IMG/VR virus record: IMGVR_UViG_3300045988_001464
Coordinates: 1 to 6,070 of that record
Strand: one strand, 5' to 3'
DNA: 6,070 nt
Source of the DNA: a virus
The notes beneath the pieces were generated by a model. That model was not told the origin of the DNA, made no database searches, and worked only from the letters and a program-made list of their open reading frames with translations. The position numbers and the translations under genes were made by a program. How positions within the stretch are numbered: position 1 is the stretch's first letter; each line of letters starts with the position of its first letter. Positions 5,055 to 6,070 of this stretch are shown here, in pieces.

Positions 5055-6070
5055 TTAATAAGGTAAACCATTTCTATCCAAGTTCTGTACGGCATATACT
5101 TGGAAATTAACATTACACAACAACTGGTCAAATGCAATAGAACAGTTAGCAGCATCAACTTGAGGAACGAATATAGAATTCAGCTGTTGAGGACGAACTT
5201 TCATAGACTGGTAAGACCAAGCACCGGAAGAAGTCAATACCTGCCAGCCATCAAGAGGAGCAGACCAAAACTGATAAGCAGCACCAGCACGGAATCCAGC
5301 GTGAACGGTATCAATATTAGATTTCCATTGCCAATAACGGAGGTTATAACCAAGAGAACCAGAAACACTACGGCCAGGGTTATTCTGAAGATTCAGAGCA
5401 GGGACAACCTGCATACCAAGCTGATCAAATGCAGGTTGCGGGAAGTCAGAGACAGCAGTCACGGTCAGTTGAGGATTTTGGCCAGTCAGATTCCAATCCA
5501 GCATAGGTACAGCGTGATACACACACATAATTACCTGATGTTCAGCGCCACAGTCATAAGTAATAGTATGTCCGGAATTACTAGATACACCTTTGCCAGC
5601 AATAGAAGCCTGAGAAGAATCAGAATCAAGATTAGTATTAACTACCTCATTAATATTAATTACACTAGACCAACCGCCAATATAATGTGCATGATTGCCC
5701 ATGTATTCGGGGGCTTTAATACCAAATTGGGCGGCCATCTGGTCCGAATAATCCTTGCTAGCAAATTGAACTACTTCTTTCCAGCGCTGGAGATACTCTG
5801 TTGCACGAATTGAGAGAGCAGATAAATCAGAGTTTAATACAACATTACGAAGACCAGAAGTAGAAGAAACAGTTACACCAGCGCTACCATCAAGAACACG
5901 AAGAGGAGAAGACAAAGGGAGAGTAACAATACGATTAGAAGAAGCTCCAGCTTGATCAAAAGTCGGAGGTAGAACAGCAACCGAACCATACTGACTACTC
6001 GGGAACATGCCCATAAAATAATCCTTCGGATAGTTCGCATAGCGAAGCTTAAGCATATCGGGGTATAATG
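5055..6070 (-). CDS. VP1: Major capsid protein VP1, C-terminal part (6016-6070 duplicates 1-55; the real continuation is 6015->5055)
   Basis: Track ORF 5055-6056 begins at an internal Met (MLKLRYANYPKDYF...) that is also read at 41-39 in the N-terminal piece. The frame stays open up to 6070. Stop is TAA at 5057-5055. Codons are predominantly T-ending, as in the other genes. Confidence 0.92.
   Translation of the reverse strand, partial: LYPDMLKLRYANYPKDYFMGMFPSSQYGSVAVLPPTFDQAGASSNRIVTLPLSSPLRVLDGSAGVTVSSTSGLRNVVLNSDLSALSIRATEYLQRWKEVVQFASKDYSDQMAAQFGIKAPEYMGNHAHYIGGWSSVININEVVNTNLDSDSSQASIAGKGVSSNSGHTITYDCGAEHQVIMCVYHAVPMLDWNLTGQNPQLTVTAVSDFPQPAFDQLGMQVVPALNLQNNPGRSVSGSLGYNLRYWQWKSNIDTVHAGFRAGAAYQFWSAPLDGWQVLTSSGAWSYQSMKVRPQQLNSIFVPQVDAANCSIAFDQLLCNVNFQVYAVQNLDRNGLPY
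6016..6070. repeat. Terminal direct repeat, copy 2 (duplicate of 1-55)
   Basis: Exact 55-nt identity with 1-55. This is redundant sequence, not extra genome. Confidence 0.95.

Noticed and set aside
5100-5813. 237-aa plus-strand ORF antisense to the capsid gene
   Set aside because: It is in exact codon register with VP1 on the opposite strand, so it stays open wherever VP1 avoids TTA, CTA and TCA codons. VP1 does avoid them because it prefers T-ending codons. The product is low-complexity (Ser/Arg/Ile/Asn-rich), has no recognisable motif, and VP1 is clearly the real gene.

Overview
The window is one complete circular Microviridae-type ssDNA phage genome. Bases 1-55 are identical to 6016-6070, so the unit length is 6,015 nt, linearised inside the major capsid gene. 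All convincing genes lie on the minus strand and are tightly packed. In transcription order they are: a Bacteroides-type promoter (about 3092-3122), a 64-aa ORF of unknown function, a 28-aa single-pass membrane peptide, a 102-aa peptidase M15-type zinc cell-wall hydrolase, the replication initiator VP4 (559 aa), the major capsid protein VP1 (575 aa, split across the window ends), a VP3-like protein (146 aa), the pilot protein VP2 (367 aa), and a 459-nt non-coding region (3041-3499). The most interesting feature is the cassette 64-aa ORF / 28-aa membrane peptide / M15 peptidase, whose stop and start codons overlap. It looks like a miniature holin-endolysin lysis module, which is not part of the classical microvirus gene set. 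The second is the non-coding region. It is locally GC-rich, holds at least five stem-loops, and carries three copies of GGTGTATA, one of them in the loop of the most GC-rich hairpin. I read this as a candidate replication origin or single-strand origin. Coding-strand codons are strongly T-ending. That bias explains the many long, hydrophobic +1-frame and antisense ORFs in the track, which I reject. Family assignments come from motifs I recognise by eye, since no database search was possible.
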